A stretch of 64,000 bases of DNA. Source: Candidatus Poribacteria bacterium. GTDB taxonomy: Bacteria; Poribacteria; WGA-4E; PCPOR2b. The notes beneath the pieces were generated by a model. The model made no database searches. It had not been told where the DNA came from and saw nothing but the letters and a program-made list of their open reading frames with translations. The DNA lies in contig OZ242351.1 in the NCBI GenBank assembly GCA_965208675.1, forward strand, positions 224,001-288,000. The letters run 5' to 3'. Every line of letters begins with the position of its first letter. Within the stretch, counting starts at the first letter, position 1. Of this stretch, positions 62,857 through 64,000 are shown piece by piece. Position numbers and translations under genes: made by a program.

Positions 62857-64000
62857 CTAGAATCTACTAGAGGTATGTCTGGCTTGGACAGTGTCATTGG
62901 AGATTGCCCGTTTGTGATTGGATAGGATGGTTTCAACCAACATGAGAACAAGGGCGATTAGCAGCAGTTCACCCCAAATCTCTTTACCGACTCGATAGTC
63001 TTTGAGCGTTTGCCTCAACGACTCTTGGGTTGCCGAGGTGTCTCCCATGGCACCAATTCGTTTGGATGCATCTCGAATCGGTATCTGCCGAAGACGCGAT
63101 TCTGTTGGATCGACGTTGACCGCAAAAAAATCACGTATCCGCCTATTGTTGCCCTCGATTTCAACCTGATAAATCCCTGGCGTATCTGTACCGCCAAAAA
63201 TCAGCGTTCCATCTTCCGCAATTGGTACCGGCGTGGTTTTCGTTTCACCTGCACGTCCCACTGAAGCAGTCGCCGCAACCCCTTGCCGGTAACCTGCTGC
63301 CAAAGGTTGCCCGACAAGCAGAGATTTGTGCGGGGCTGATTGAACTGCCTTCGCGTAAAGCACAGTTTGCTGTAACAACGGCAAAAATAGGGGGTTGACA
63401 AGCAATGTAGAAGCTTTTCTGTCGGTTGCCGAAACATTAAACAGCAGCGCAGTCCCTAACGCAATTGGACGTTCGATAAGAAAGGGTGTTGCATCGCTAA
63501 ATTGCGCGATTATTTTCCCTTGTTCGCCAGGCTGTAGCGTTAAACCGCTAATAAATTGTGGGGCGTATTCGCCGGAAAAATCGCTTGGTTGATAAACTTC
63601 AAAAATGGCGTGATCCAAATGGCTTCCCGATACCGTTAGCGGAGTGTCCCACGGGCGCGGCGGACCAAAACTTGCTGGAAGCCAGTCAGCAAACTCATTG
63701 TAGGTCGCTAGGTCGAGGTCAGCATTGACAAAAATGATTACACTCTTTCCGGCACGCATAAACGATTGGAGCTGCTGCCGCGCAGACGGTGAAAGCGTAG
63801 GCAAGTCCGCCAAAATTAGAACATCATAGTCGTCTAGCGGGTAATCGTCAAACGCCTTAACTGAACAACTTGTGGGCAGAATCGTATAATCCACGCCCGG
63901 CTTGAGTTGGGCGTCGGGATTCAATGCAAGGGTTAAATATAGTGTCTCATCCCCCACGCAAAGCACACGAATTTGACCGTAGGCGCGAAGCGCAAAATAG
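62857..64000 (-). CDS. C-terminal part of a BatA/VWA-associated membrane protein (5' end outside window)
   Basis: DVLILAD…PGIYQ…FAVNVDPTESRL…EIWGELLLIALVLMLVE tail. Confidence 0.7.
   Translation of the reverse strand, partial: YFALRAYGQIRVLCVGDETLYLTLALNPDAQLKPGVDYTILPTSCSVKAFDDYPLDDYDVLILADLPTLSPSARQQLQSFMRAGKSVIIFVNADLDLATYNEFADWLPASFGPPRPWDTPLTVSGSHLDHAIFEVYQPSDFSGEYAPQFISGLTLQPGEQGKIIAQFSDATPFLIERPIALGTALLFNVSATDRKASTLLVNPLFLPLLQQTVLYAKAVQSAPHKSLLVGQPLAAGYRQGVAATASVGRAGETKTTPVPIAEDGTLIFGGTDTPGIYQVEIEGNNRRIRDFFAVNVDPTESRLRQIPIRDASKRIGAMGDTSATQESLRQTLKDYRVGKEIWGELLLIALVLMLVETILSNHKRAISNDTVQARHTSSRF

Overview
Bacterial chromosomal window, most consistent with Candidatus Poribacteria. Supporting signs are a LamG protein with the C-terminal AV-x-P-x-GKLTTxWGxIK tail, two phytanoyl-CoA dioxygenases, satellite microcompartment genes and abundant REP/MITE-like intergenic repeats; the taxon is an inference. 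Housekeeping and metabolic genes (acnA, lpxK, ackA, glnE, uppP, ychF, an Omp85-family gene, an ECF sigma/anti-sigma pair, tRNA-Ala/Phe/Thr) surround a ~16 kb anti-phage defence island (~12.6-28.7 kb) that starts right after a Wza/SLBB polysaccharide-export gene. The island holds, in order: an AVAST/Avs-like nuclease-STAND NTPase, a DNA methyltransferase remnant, a diverged in-frame second copy of the last ~450 bp of the Wza-like gene, a type I R-M operon whose hsdM has an in-frame stop, and an intact SIR2-APAZ + short prokaryotic Argonaute (SPARSA) pair. No integrase is visible. Other oddities: a circularly permuted LamG domain inside a membrane protein, a DNase I-like lipoprotein with both catalytic His positions replaced by Arg, a frameshifted trmB, and a 37-bp tandem duplication breaking a class V aminotransferase. 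All family calls come from motif recognition, not database searches.
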